Assembly: GCA_017960085.1 (NCBI GenBank)
Contig: JAGCZI010000159.1
Span: forward strand, 1-62,874
Direction: 5' to 3'
From: Bacteroidales bacterium
GTDB lineage: Bacteria; Bacteroidota; Bacteroidia; Bacteroidales; UBA932
DNA: 62,874 nt
Below are positions 17,844 to 26,669 of the stretch, piece after piece. The notes beneath the pieces were generated by a model, which was not told where the DNA came from, did no database searches, and saw nothing but the letters and a program-made list of their open reading frames with translations. Numbering within the stretch: position 1 is the first letter of the stretch; every line of letters starts with the position of its first letter. A program made the translations under genes and the position numbers.

Positions 17844-18458
17844 TCAGAAGAGCCCGTGGAGCTGGGCGTCGATCATATCGGTTACGGTATTGAAGTCATC
17901 GACGTTCTCTCCGAAGCGGAGGCGGTCGACATCAACGATCAGCAGTTTGCCGTCGTTGTATTCGTTGATCCACTTCTCATAGCGCTCGTGGAGGCCGGTG
18001 AGGTAGTCGATGCGGATGCTGTTTTCGTATTCGCGTCCGCGTTTGTGGATGTTGTTGACTATGTTGGGAATGCTGCTGCGCAGGTATATAAGCAGGTCGG
18101 GCGGATTCACCAGGGAGATCATAAGTTCGAAGAGCTCCTGATAGTTGTCGAAGTCGCGGGTCGACATCAGGCCCATATCGTGGAGGTTGGGGGCGAAGAT
18201 GCACGCATCCTCATATATGGTGCGGTCCTGCACGATGACATCTTTGCTCTTGCTGATTTCGACTATGTCGCGGAAACGCTTGTTCAAAAAATAAATCTGG
18301 AGGTTGAAAGACCACCGCTCCATATCTTCGTAGAAGTCTGCCAGATAGGGGTTGAAATCAACGGGTTCGAAACGGGCAGTCCAGTGATAATGGTTGGCAA
18401 GAAGCTGGGTCAGGGTAGTCTTTCCGCTGCCGATGTTGCCGGCTATCGCAATGTGCAT
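17844..18458 (-). CDS. Deoxynucleoside kinase
   Basis: The real start is ATG at 18458 (MHIAIAGNIGSGKTTLTQLLANHYHW.. with a P-loop). ERWSFNLQIYFLNKRF and DRTIYEDACIFA are dNK motifs. The ORF-track version (to 19310) is an N-terminal over-extension that runs antisense through the next gene. Confidence 0.9.
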   Translation of the reverse strand: MHIAIAGNIGSGKTTLTQLLANHYHWTARFEPVDFNPYLADFYEDMERWSFNLQIYFLNKRFRDIVEISKSKDVIVQDRTIYEDACIFAPNLHDMGLMSTRDFDNYQELFELMISLVNPPDLLIYLRSSIPNIVNNIHKRGREYENSIRIDYLTGLHERYEKWINEYNDGKLLIVDVDRLRFGENVDDFNTVTDMIDAQLHGLF

Positions 18459-18487
18459 GGCGAATAGTGTTTGTATTTTGTTATTCA

Positions 18488-18495
18488 CAAATTTA
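18488..18495 (-). promoter_or_regulatory. Candidate -7 promoter box (TAAATTTG on the minus strand)
   Basis: The plus strand reads CAAATTTA. It lies 29 nt upstream of the dNK ATG at 18458. Confidence 0.45.
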
Positions 18496-18508
18496 CAAAC
18501 TCTTTTCG

Positions 18509-18516
18509 TATTTTTG
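18509..18516 (+). promoter_or_regulatory. Candidate -7 promoter box (TATTTTTG)
   Basis: Lies in the divergent intergenic region, 20 nt upstream of the ATG at 18537. This argues against the ORF-track start 18471. Confidence 0.45.
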
Positions 18517-18536
18517 TGAAAATGGAAGAGCCGAAA

Positions 18537-19175
18537 ATGCGCGAACTGAAAACTTTTTACGTCAACTCTCTGAGGGAGTGCCTGTATGTACTTTCCTCCG
18601 CAGACAAGGAATGTGTGATAGTGGATCCCGGTTGCCAGAACGACAGGGAGCGGGCCAGAGTGGATGACTACATCGCCGAAGAAGGACTGTCGCCGGTATG
18701 TATACTGCTGACTCACGCGCATTTCGACCACGTGCTGTCCGTCCCCCACTTCGCTGCGAAGTACGGCATCCCGGCCGTGATGAATGCGGCAGACTGCGGA
18801 CTGCTGTCCCACCTCAGGGACTACACCAACCTCTTCGGTCTGGAGTACCTGCCGATGGACAAAGTGGAGTTCCGATATGTCTGCGACGGCGACGAAATCT
18901 CCTATGCCGGCTTTACTTTCAAGGTCGTCGGCACCCCCGGACATACCAACGGAGGAGTCTGCTACCTTGAGGAAAAGGAGAGGGTGATGTTCAGCGGGGA
19001 TACTCTTTTCCAGGGCAGTATCGGCCGTACCGATTTCGAAGAGAGCGGAGAAGATGATATGTGTATGTCTCTGGAGAAACTCAAGCGGCTTGACAGGGAC
19101 ATCGCCGTATATCCCGGCCACGGCTATCCCACTACAATAGATGAAGAGCTGAAGACCAACCCATACCTGCGCTGA
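18537..19175 (+). CDS. MBL-fold metallo-hydrolase (hydroxyacylglutathione hydrolase-like)
   Basis: LLTHAHFDHV (HxHxDH), GTPGHTNGG and PGHG motifs. Start chosen at MRELKTFYV (18537). The ATG at 18522 is an alternative. Confidence 0.85.
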   Translation: MRELKTFYVNSLRECLYVLSSADKECVIVDPGCQNDRERARVDDYIAEEGLSPVCILLTHAHFDHVLSVPHFAAKYGIPAVMNAADCGLLSHLRDYTNLFGLEYLPMDKVEFRYVCDGDEISYAGFTFKVVGTPGHTNGGVCYLEEKERVMFSGDTLFQGSIGRTDFEESGEDDMCMSLEKLKRLDRDIAVYPGHGYPTTIDEELKTNPYLR

Positions 19176-19176
19176 A

Positions 19177-21981
19177 ATGGATTTCATTGAGATTACGGGT
19201 GCCAAGTCCCACAATCTGAAGAACATATCCCTCAAGATTCCGAGGGACAGGCTCGTAGTGGTCACGGGGCTTTCCGGCAGCGGCAAATCCTCCCTGGCAT
19301 TCGACACCATATATGCCGAAGGCCAGCGCCGCTATATGGATACCCTGTCTCCCTACGCCAGGCAGTTTATGGGTATGATGGAGCGGCCCGACGTCGATGA
19401 CGTGCGCGGGCTCAGCCCTATCATAGCCATCGAGCAGAAGACCACCGGCCGCAACCCTCGATCCACCGTAGGCACGATGACGGAGATTTACGATTTCTTC
19501 CGCCTGCTCTATGCAAGGGCCGCAACAGCCTATTCTCCTGCCACGGGCAAGGAGATGGTGAAGTACACCGACGATATGATAGTCGACCTGATCATCAACG
19601 AATACGAAGGTTGCAAGCTGTTGCTGCTCGCTCCGGTAGTGAGAGGACGCAAGGGCCACTACAAAGAGCTTTTCGAGCAACTGGTCAAGCGCGGCTATTC
19701 CCAGGTGCGCATCGACGGTGAAATCTTCTACCTGCGCGACGTCGAACCTCTCGACCGCTACAAGACCCATTTCATAGAACTGGTGGTTGACAAGCTGGTG
19801 CCGAGTGCCGACGACCGCAAGCGGATACGCTCATCGGTGGTCACCGCCTTGTCCCAGGGCAAGGGCTCTCTGGCCCTGCTGAGGGTCGACGGCGACGGGA
19901 CGTTGAGGTATCTGAGCAAGAATCTCATCTGTGCGGACACCGGCATCTCATTCTCGCTGCCGGCTCCATATACCTTCTCGTTCAACTCCCCGCAGGGTGC
20001 CTGTCCCCACTGCAACGGTCTCGGAGTGGTGGCCCAGCTGGATATGTCAAAGGTCATCCCGAACGACAAGGTGTCGATAGCAGACGGTGGCATAGTTTCC
20101 CTCGGAAGTATGAGAAGCAACTCCACCTTCGAAGTACTGGAGTCCATTGCCAGAAAATACTCTTTCTCGCTTCACGACCCGATAAAAGATATTCCTCCCC
20201 AGGCCCTTTCAACCATCCTCTACGGCTCCCAGGAGCTGTTCCGGGTTGGCAGCGGGCCGACTGCGCAGATGGTGACGTTCGACGGTGTGCTTGCCCGCAC
20301 GCGCATCACCGGTGATGAGAGCGAAGAATCTCTCGAGAAGAAGGACAGTTTTATGAATATGGTGGTCTGCCCTGTCTGCAACGGCACGAGGCTTAAAAAG
20401 GAAGCCCTCCACTTCAAGATAGCGGGGCTGGACATCGCGCAGGTGGCGGCTATGGACGTCAATGACCTGTACGACTGGGTGCTGGAGCTGCCTTCCAAGC
20501 TGAACGACAGGCAGATGGCAATCGCGAACGACATCCTCAAGGAACTGGTCGACAGGATAGGATTCCTCAAGGAAGTAGGTCTCGGATACCTGTCGCTCGA
20601 CCGGGCGACTGCCACCTTGAGCGGCGGCGAAAGCCAGCGCATAAGGCTGGCGACACAGATCGGTTCTAAACTGGTTAATGTGCTTTACATCCTTGACGAG
20701 CCCTCGATAGGCCTACACCAGCGGGACAACCGCAAGCTCATCGATTCTTTGAAGAAGCTGCGTGACGAAGGCAACTCTGTGATGGTGGTGGAGCACGACA
20801 GCGAGATGATGGAAAGCGCAGACTGGCTCATCGACCTCGGCCCCGGAGCCGGGGAACTCGGAGGAGAACTCCTCTACAATGGTGAACCGTCGGCTATTTC
20901 AGACGTTCCCGAGGGTGCCAGCCTGACCATCGACTATCTTCTGAAGAGGAAATCCATACCCGTGCCTGAATTCCGCCGCAGGGGCAACGGATTGAAACTG
21001 AAACTGCACGGAGCCCGCGGCAACAACCTGAAAGATGTGGACCTGACGCTGCCTTTGGGCACTCTGATAGGAGTCAGCGGAGTAAGCGGCAGCGGCAAGT
21101 CGTCGCTCATCAACGAGACTCTTATGCCCATCGTCTCATCGGCTCTTTACCGTTCCCTCGACAGGCCGCTGGCATACACTTCCATCGAAGGCCTCGAGAA
21201 TATCGACAAAGTCATAGAGGTAGACCAGTCACCCATCGGACGTTCTCCCCGCAGCAATCCTGCCACATATACCAATGTCTTCGGAGCAATCAGGGAACTC
21301 TTCGGGCAGACCCCGGACGCTAAGATCCGCGGGTTCAAGGCCAGCCGTTTCTCCTTCAACGTGCGTTCAGGCCGCTGCGAAGCCTGCAAGGGAGCCGGCA
21401 TACAGGAGATAGAGATGCATTTCCTGCCGCCTGCCCACGTCACTTGCAAGGAGTGCGGCGGCAAACGTTACAAGCCGGACACCCTGGCTGTCCATTACAA
21501 GGGCAAGAACATCAGCGACGTGCTGGATATGACAGTTTCAGCAGCAGCGGAATTCTTCAAGTCGAATCCGTTCATATATCCCAAGATCAAGGCTATGGAA
21601 GATGTGGGCCTGGGTTATGTACGCCTCGGCCAGCCTTCCACCACCCTCAGCGGCGGTGAGAGCCAGAGGGTCAAGCTTGCTGCCGAACTGGCACGCAAGA
21701 GCACCGGCAACACCCTGTATCTGCTGGACGAGCCTACCACCGGCCTGCATTTCGACGACATAAAGAATCTGCTCGAAGTGCTCCAGAAGCTGGTGGACCA
21801 GGGGAACACGGTCCTGATCATCGAGCATAACCTGGATGTGCTCAAGAGCGTGGACTATCTCATCGATATGGGTCCGGAGGGAGGCCGCGACGGCGGCAGG
21901 ATCATAGCGGAGGGTACGCCGGAGCAGGTGGCGGCAAATCCTGCTTCTTACACGGGACAGTATCTGAAAGAGATGCTGTAG
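19177..21981 (+). CDS. uvrA: Excinuclease ABC subunit A
   Basis: 934 aa. MDFIEITGAKSHNLKNISLKIPRDRLVVVTGLSGSGKSSLAFDTIYAEGQRRY, two ABC modules (LSGGESQRIRLA and LSGGESQRVKLA) and zinc-finger cysteines. Confidence 0.97.
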   Translation: MDFIEITGAKSHNLKNISLKIPRDRLVVVTGLSGSGKSSLAFDTIYAEGQRRYMDTLSPYARQFMGMMERPDVDDVRGLSPIIAIEQKTTGRNPRSTVGTMTEIYDFFRLLYARAATAYSPATGKEMVKYTDDMIVDLIINEYEGCKLLLLAPVVRGRKGHYKELFEQLVKRGYSQVRIDGEIFYLRDVEPLDRYKTHFIELVVDKLVPSADDRKRIRSSVVTALSQGKGSLALLRVDGDGTLRYLSKNLICADTGISFSLPAPYTFSFNSPQGACPHCNGLGVVAQLDMSKVIPNDKVSIADGGIVSLGSMRSNSTFEVLESIARKYSFSLHDPIKDIPPQALSTILYGSQELFRVGSGPTAQMVTFDGVLARTRITGDESEESLEKKDSFMNMVVCPVCNGTRLKKEALHFKIAGLDIAQVAAMDVNDLYDWVLELPSKLNDRQMAIANDILKELVDRIGFLKEVGLGYLSLDRATATLSGGESQRIRLATQIGSKLVNVLYILDEPSIGLHQRDNRKLIDSLKKLRDEGNSVMVVEHDSEMMESADWLIDLGPGAGELGGELLYNGEPSAISDVPEGASLTIDYLLKRKSIPVPEFRRRGNGLKLKLHGARGNNLKDVDLTLPLGTLIGVSGVSGSGKSSLINETLMPIVSSALYRSLDRPLAYTSIEGLENIDKVIEVDQSPIGRSPRSNPATYTNVFGAIRELFGQTPDAKIRGFKASRFSFNVRSGRCEACKGAGIQEIEMHFLPPAHVTCKECGGKRYKPDTLAVHYKGKNISDVLDMTVSAAAEFFKSNPFIYPKIKAMEDVGLGYVRLGQPSTTLSGGESQRVKLAAELARKSTGNTLYLLDEPTTGLHFDDIKNLLEVLQKLVDQGNTVLIIEHNLDVLKSVDYLIDMGPEGGRDGGRIIAEGTPEQVAANPASYTGQYLKEML

Positions 21982-21984
21982 CTG

Positions 21985-23145
21985 TTATTTTCTCATCCAG
22001 CTTTCGGGATTCTGTTTGTCGGTGCCTTTCCAGATCTGGAAATGGAGTACTGACGAGCCGTCTGTCACATCCAGGGTGCCCAGGCTGTCACCCGCATTTA
22101 CTTTCTGTCCGGCTTTAACAGACACTTTACCGAGACGGCAGTAGAAGGTGTAATAGGTTCCGTGCTGCACGAGGACGCACTGGCTGTAACCGGGCATCAC
22201 GAGCACCTGCTTCACCGTTCCGTCGAATACGCACCTCACTGTTGCGCTGCGGGCTGCCGTTATGTCGACGCCGTTGTTCGTGGGCAGCTGGATATTTTTG
22301 TATACAGGGTGGTTGTGGTTGCCGAACTTGCCAGTGATGACACCCTGCACGGGCCAGGGAAGTTTGCCTTTGTTGTCTTCGAAGCGGCCTGCGAGCGTGT
22401 AGTCGATGGATTCCTGCTTCTGCTCCTTGACAGCCTTGGTCAGGATCCTTTCAATCTCCTTGTTGAGGGCGTCGACCTGCTTCTTTTTGGCCTGCAGGTC
22501 CTTTGTATATTGATTTTTGCTCTTGTTGAGGCTGTTTACGAGCGAACGGGACTTCTGTTCGTCGGCCTTCATATTGTTATATTCCCGTTGCCGCTGCTGC
22601 CTGGTGGCGGTGGCTACGGCGACCAGAGAGTCCAGGTTGGCCTTCTCCTTGCGGAGCTGTTCCTGAGTCTGGAGGATGTTGTCTGCCTGGGCGGCAGCCG
22701 ATTCTGACAGGTTGCCGAGATAGGAGAAGCGCCGGTAGCCCTGGCCAATGTTTTCACTGCCGAGGATATACATAAACCACACTTTGTTGTCGCGGTTCTT
22801 GTAGGCATTGTATATGAGGTCGTTGTAATAGTACTGGAGGGTGTCGAGATTAGCCTGCAGGGCGTTGATCTGCGCAGTGGCTGCATTGATACGGGTGCGC
22901 AGTTCCCTGATTTCGGCGTCCGCCTCGTCGACCAGTTTCTTGCGGTTGCTTACCTGTTTCTGGACTATCGTCAGCTGCTGGGTCGAAGCCTTCTGACGGC
23001 TGATGATGTCCTTGAGCTGGTTGTCGATGAACGCTATCTCCTCTTCCAGTTTCCTTTTGGCTTCCCTTTGTGCGGAGACATCCTGGGCGGCGGCCTCCAG
23101 GACGGAGGCAGCAGCGATCAACAGAATGGCCAAAAGTCTTTTCAC
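21985..23145 (-). CDS. M23/LytM-family peptidoglycan hydrolase activator with N-terminal coiled coil (EnvC-like)
   Basis: The C-terminal LytM domain reads GKLPWPVQGVITGKFGNH...GVDITAARSATVRCVFDGTV...VLVQHGTYYTFYCRL...LHFQIW. I place the start at GTG 23145 (VKRLLAILLIAAASVLEAAAQ signal), 1 nt after the upstream stop. The ORF-track start 23238 would overlap the upstream gene by 92 nt. Confidence 0.8.
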   Translation of the reverse strand: MKRLLAILLIAAASVLEAAAQDVSAQREAKRKLEEEIAFIDNQLKDIISRQKASTQQLTIVQKQVSNRKKLVDEADAEIRELRTRINAATAQINALQANLDTLQYYYNDLIYNAYKNRDNKVWFMYILGSENIGQGYRRFSYLGNLSESAAAQADNILQTQEQLRKEKANLDSLVAVATATRQQRQREYNNMKADEQKSRSLVNSLNKSKNQYTKDLQAKKKQVDALNKEIERILTKAVKEQKQESIDYTLAGRFEDNKGKLPWPVQGVITGKFGNHNHPVYKNIQLPTNNGVDITAARSATVRCVFDGTVKQVLVMPGYSQCVLVQHGTYYTFYCRLGKVSVKAGQKVNAGDSLGTLDVTDGSSVLHFQIWKGTDKQNPESWMRK

Positions 23146-23146
23146 T

Positions 23147-24790
23147 TTATTCGTCAGGTAAGGCCTGGGCCTGCTTGAAATATACGTTCGCCAGGTCGTT
23201 CTCTCCAAGTGTCGAGAGCACGGTGGCATAGTGTTCAAGGATGGTGCGGTTTTCCTTGCCGCCGTAGAGCATCGCGTGCTTGAACATAGCCTTGGCTTCC
23301 ACGTCCCGTCCGACGAGGTGCAGCAGCCAGGCGTAGGTGTCCACGTAAGTCGGATTGTCAGGCTCCTGCTGGATGGTCTTGAGGCTCATCTGCATTGCTT
23401 TGCGCAATGTGGCGTCGGGTCTTTTGCGGGGCTGGGTGTAGCCTTCGGTCAAGTAGTATGCGTAGTTGTTGAGCACAGGTGCGTGGTCGGGATTTATGCG
23501 CAGGGCCTTGTCGTAGCATTTGTATGCCTGCTTCGAGTCTCCGGCAATATGGTACAGGTCCCCCATAGCTGTGTAGCAGTTCAAGGCGACCGCGCTGTCC
23601 TTCGGCGCAAGAGCCAGCATTGTACGGTAATCCTCCATCGAACTGTCGTACTCCTTCAGCTGCCAGAACGCTATCCCGCGCAGCTGCAGGAAATCCACCG
23701 GCATATCGAAACGCTGTATGGCGGTGGTGGCGTAGGTGATGACGTTGTCCCAGTCCTGAGCGTAATAATAAATGAGGCAGTGGTTGAAAGCTGCACCCAT
23801 ATCGTCGGGATTGATTTCAATCAGCGATGAATAAACGTCGAGGGCCTTGTCGATCTGTCCTGTCTGGTAATAGTAGGCTGCGGTCAGGCCGGTGACGGTG
23901 CTGTCGGTGGGGTTAGAAAGGTACATCTCCGTCATCAGGGAGTCGACCTGGGGGGCGAACACCTGGGCGAACTGGCCGCTGCCGAGCACATCCTGCATAT
24001 ATTCCACCTTGGTCTGAGGAGGCACCAAGCCGCTCTTGATGAAATCGCCGATGTTCTTGAAGTACATATCGTACTTGCCCTGGGCGCGGTATATATGGGC
24101 TGCGCCATAGGAGGCCTCGACGCAGTCGGGATCCATAGCCAGAGCTTCTTCGTAATAGCCGAGAGCCTCCTGCTCCTGGTACAGGCTGCCGTAATAATCT
24201 CCCAGGATGCACGCCAGCCGGGGAGAACGGTATTCCTTGTAATATTGCTGCAGGAAGTCGAAGGCTTGTTTCTGCTGCCCCTTCTGCATATATATCTGCA
24301 TACGCGCCATAGCGAGAGGTTCGCTCTTTCCTGTCTGGCTTTCAATGACGTCCAGCGCTTCCATTGCCTTGTCGGAATCGCCGTTCGCCATATAGACGTT
24401 CACCACATCGTAGTAGAGGGATGTCTTGCGCGGATTCTCGGCAATCAGTTCTTCAAACAGCTTCAGGGCGCTGGCGGCATCCTTGTTGGTCATATAGTCA
24501 GATGCCAGGGCGTATTTATACCAGTAGTTGCCCGGGTCAAGGGCTATGGCCTGCTTGAAATTGGCTTCCCTCTCAAGGAAATCTTCCGAAAGGATGGCGA
24601 GATAGTAATAAGCGGCATCGTTGTCAGGCTCTGTCCTGACAAGCTGCCGGAACATTTCGTAGGCTTGCTTATTGCCTGAATTGTAAGCTTCAAGCGCATC
24701 GAAATAAGCCTGGGACTGCGCGTTGGCACTGATGCCTGCGAGCAGGAATATAAGGGCAGAAAACAGCTTTCTGATGAGTTTCATCTTCAC
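23147..24790 (-). CDS. Tetratricopeptide-repeat protein, secreted
   Basis: 547 aa with signal peptide MKMKLIRKLFSALIFLLAGISANA. Repeated A-x-x-Y-Y / ALxxDP TPR-like units run throughout. Confidence 0.85.
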   Translation of the reverse strand: MKMKLIRKLFSALIFLLAGISANAQSQAYFDALEAYNSGNKQAYEMFRQLVRTEPDNDAAYYYLAILSEDFLEREANFKQAIALDPGNYWYKYALASDYMTNKDAASALKLFEELIAENPRKTSLYYDVVNVYMANGDSDKAMEALDVIESQTGKSEPLAMARMQIYMQKGQQKQAFDFLQQYYKEYRSPRLACILGDYYGSLYQEQEALGYYEEALAMDPDCVEASYGAAHIYRAQGKYDMYFKNIGDFIKSGLVPPQTKVEYMQDVLGSGQFAQVFAPQVDSLMTEMYLSNPTDSTVTGLTAAYYYQTGQIDKALDVYSSLIEINPDDMGAAFNHCLIYYYAQDWDNVITYATTAIQRFDMPVDFLQLRGIAFWQLKEYDSSMEDYRTMLALAPKDSAVALNCYTAMGDLYHIAGDSKQAYKCYDKALRINPDHAPVLNNYAYYLTEGYTQPRKRPDATLRKAMQMSLKTIQQEPDNPTYVDTYAWLLHLVGRDVEAKAMFKHAMLYGGKENRTILEHYATVLSTLGENDLANVYFKQAQALPDE

Positions 24791-24803
24791 GGACCTCCAC
24801 CCG

Positions 24804-24811
24804 CAAAAATA
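24804..24811 (-). promoter_or_regulatory. Candidate -7 promoter box (TATTTTTG on the minus strand)
   Basis: The plus strand reads CAAAAATA, 13 nt upstream of the ATG at 24790. Confidence 0.4.
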
Positions 24812-24854
24812 ATCAATCCAGCAAAAATTTACTATTCAATGCAGCATTTTGGAC

Positions 24855-24862
24855 TAAATTTG
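24855..24862 (+). promoter_or_regulatory. Candidate -7 promoter box (TAAATTTG)
   Basis: Lies 21 nt upstream of the GTG start of the ECF sigma gene at 24884. Confidence 0.45.
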
Positions 24863-24883
24863 CATCATTAATCCAGTAGCCCT

Positions 24884-25426
24884 GTGAAGAACACTCTCGA
24901 GTCTCTCATAGAAGGATGCAAGCAGCACGACCCTAAGGCCCAGAAGGGCCTTTATGATCTGTTGTCTCCAGCTATGCTGGCGGTGTGCATACGATATTTG
25001 AAAGACGCGGAGGCGGCGAAAGATACGATGCAGGACGGCTTTGTTACGTTGTTTGATAAAATATCGAGTTACAAGGGCGAAGGCTCTTTCGGAGGATGGG
25101 CGCGCAGGATATTCGTGAACACGGCGCTGATGCAGCTCCGTCGCAACGATGCGTTGAAATTCTCCGAGAACATAGAAGATTCCCAGGCGATGCAGATGAC
25201 CCAGAGCAACACGCTCGAGAAAATCGGCGCCGATGAGATCTTCAAGCTGGTCAACTCGATGCCGGACGGTTTCCGGACGGTTTTCAACCTTTACGTAATA
25301 GAGGGCTATTCGCACGAAGAAATTGCGAAGATGCTCTCAATAACGGTAGGGGGTTCACGCTCGCAGCTCAGCAGGGCGCGTGCGTGGCTCCAGAGTAAGA
25401 TAAAGACGAATGATAAATATGACTGA
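24884..25426 (+). CDS. RNA polymerase ECF-type sigma-70 factor
   Basis: 180 aa with a GTG start. Region 2 reads LYDLLSPAMLAVCIRYLKDAEAAKDTMQDGF. Region 4 HTH reads YVIEGYSHEEIAKMLSITVGGSRSQLSRARAWL. Confidence 0.9.
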   Translation: MKNTLESLIEGCKQHDPKAQKGLYDLLSPAMLAVCIRYLKDAEAAKDTMQDGFVTLFDKISSYKGEGSFGGWARRIFVNTALMQLRRNDALKFSENIEDSQAMQMTQSNTLEKIGADEIFKLVNSMPDGFRTVFNLYVIEGYSHEEIAKMLSITVGGSRSQLSRARAWLQSKIKTNDKYD

Positions 25427-26612
25427 TTCACAATTTGATCAGATTATCAGGGAGAAGCTTCTAAGCTACGAATGTGAGGCGCCGGACGAGTCGGTGTGGG
25501 AAGGCATCGTAGCCAAGATGGCTGCCCAGCGCCGCCGCAAGGTAGTGCTGCGCTATGTGTATGGCGCGGTCGCCGCTGCTGCGTGCGTGGCCCTGGGCTT
25601 GTTCCTCTTCGATGGCAGTGACGCTCCCAGCCAGCTTCAGACCGCTCCGACTGTGGCTGTTGCCGACGATGTGGTTCCCCAGGAGCTTGACACCCCCGAA
25701 GACGTTCAGGACATTCCTTCTATAGCAGACCAGATAAAGGCCCTCCGTTCAGGCAACGCCGTCGCCGAAGTCCTGCCTTTAGAGGTGGAGAAAGTGCTGG
25801 AAGCCGTTTCAGAGAAAATATCCGAGCCGGCTGCCGCCGACCGGGATGAAGTCCAGCAGGAAGCTGCCGGCAGTCAGGATTCCGACAAAGGCGCCGTCAA
25901 GCCCTCAAATAACGGCTACCGCACGCCTTCCGGATCTCAGCTTATGGACGACTACTATCTTTTCGAAGAAGATGAGGAAGCCCCTAAAAAGCACACACAT
26001 TCAAGTATATCTATATCATCAAACGTTTCAGGGATAGCAAAGCAGGACGGTTTCATCTACCAGATGGCCCCTTCCCACGCATCTTCTGCCACAGGACGCT
26101 CAGTAGGAGCAGTGGTAGAAGAACTGTCTGAGTCCTCATATTCTATCCCCCTGTCATTCGGTATCCAGTTCCGTTATCCCCTCGCCCCGAAGTTCTCTTT
26201 GGGAGCAGGCGTCAATTACACCTATCTGCAACGCAGTTTCAGCGCATTGGTGAACAAGACGAAGTATGACAATGTCACTTCCCAGCTGCACTATGTCGGC
26301 CTGACCGCATCAGCCTTCTATAACTTCATCGAAGGGGACAGGCTGACTGTCTACGGCCGAGTCGGCGGTGCCGTTGACAAGAGCGTATCCGCACGCTTTG
26401 TCTTCGGAGGCCAGGCTCTTGCCCAGGATGCTTCCGGAGTGCAGTGGTCTGTCAATGCAGGCGTAGGTCTGGAGTACAAGATTGCCAAACCCTTTTCGAT
26501 TTTCATCGATCCTTCAGCCTCATACTATTTCGACTGCGCACAGCCGAAGAGCATCCGCACGGAGCAGCCTCTTATGTTCAGCCTCGAGGGCGGCGTGAGG
26601 TTCAGTTTCTAA
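25419..26612 (+). CDS. Putative anti-sigma-like membrane protein fused to a C-terminal outer-membrane beta-barrel domain
   Basis: Its start overlaps the sigma-factor stop (ATG 25410 or 25419). The layout is a ~45-aa cytoplasmic segment, TM helix VVLRYVYGAVAAAACVALGLFLF, a ~150-aa acidic low-complexity linker, then ~190 aa of alternating beta-strand pattern ending ..LEGGVRFSF (OMP-type C-terminal Phe). Confidence 0.7.
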   Translation: MTDSQFDQIIREKLLSYECEAPDESVWEGIVAKMAAQRRRKVVLRYVYGAVAAAACVALGLFLFDGSDAPSQLQTAPTVAVADDVVPQELDTPEDVQDIPSIADQIKALRSGNAVAEVLPLEVEKVLEAVSEKISEPAAADRDEVQQEAAGSQDSDKGAVKPSNNGYRTPSGSQLMDDYYLFEEDEEAPKKHTHSSISISSNVSGIAKQDGFIYQMAPSHASSATGRSVGAVVEELSESSYSIPLSFGIQFRYPLAPKFSLGAGVNYTYLQRSFSALVNKTKYDNVTSQLHYVGLTASAFYNFIEGDRLTVYGRVGGAVDKSVSARFVFGGQALAQDASGVQWSVNAGVGLEYKIAKPFSIFIDPSASYYFDCAQPKSIRTEQPLMFSLEGGVRFSF

Positions 26613-26669
26613 TTTTTTGCACATTGCCTCAAAAGTGAGTACCTTCAAAGGTTGAAAACAATCAGCCTT

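Noticed and set aside
17844-19310. ORF-track 488-aa version of the deoxynucleoside kinase gene
   Set aside because: Only the last ~204 aa (from MHIAIAGNIGSGKTT at 18458) are kinase. The extension runs antisense through the MBL hydrolase gene and across a divergent promoter region.
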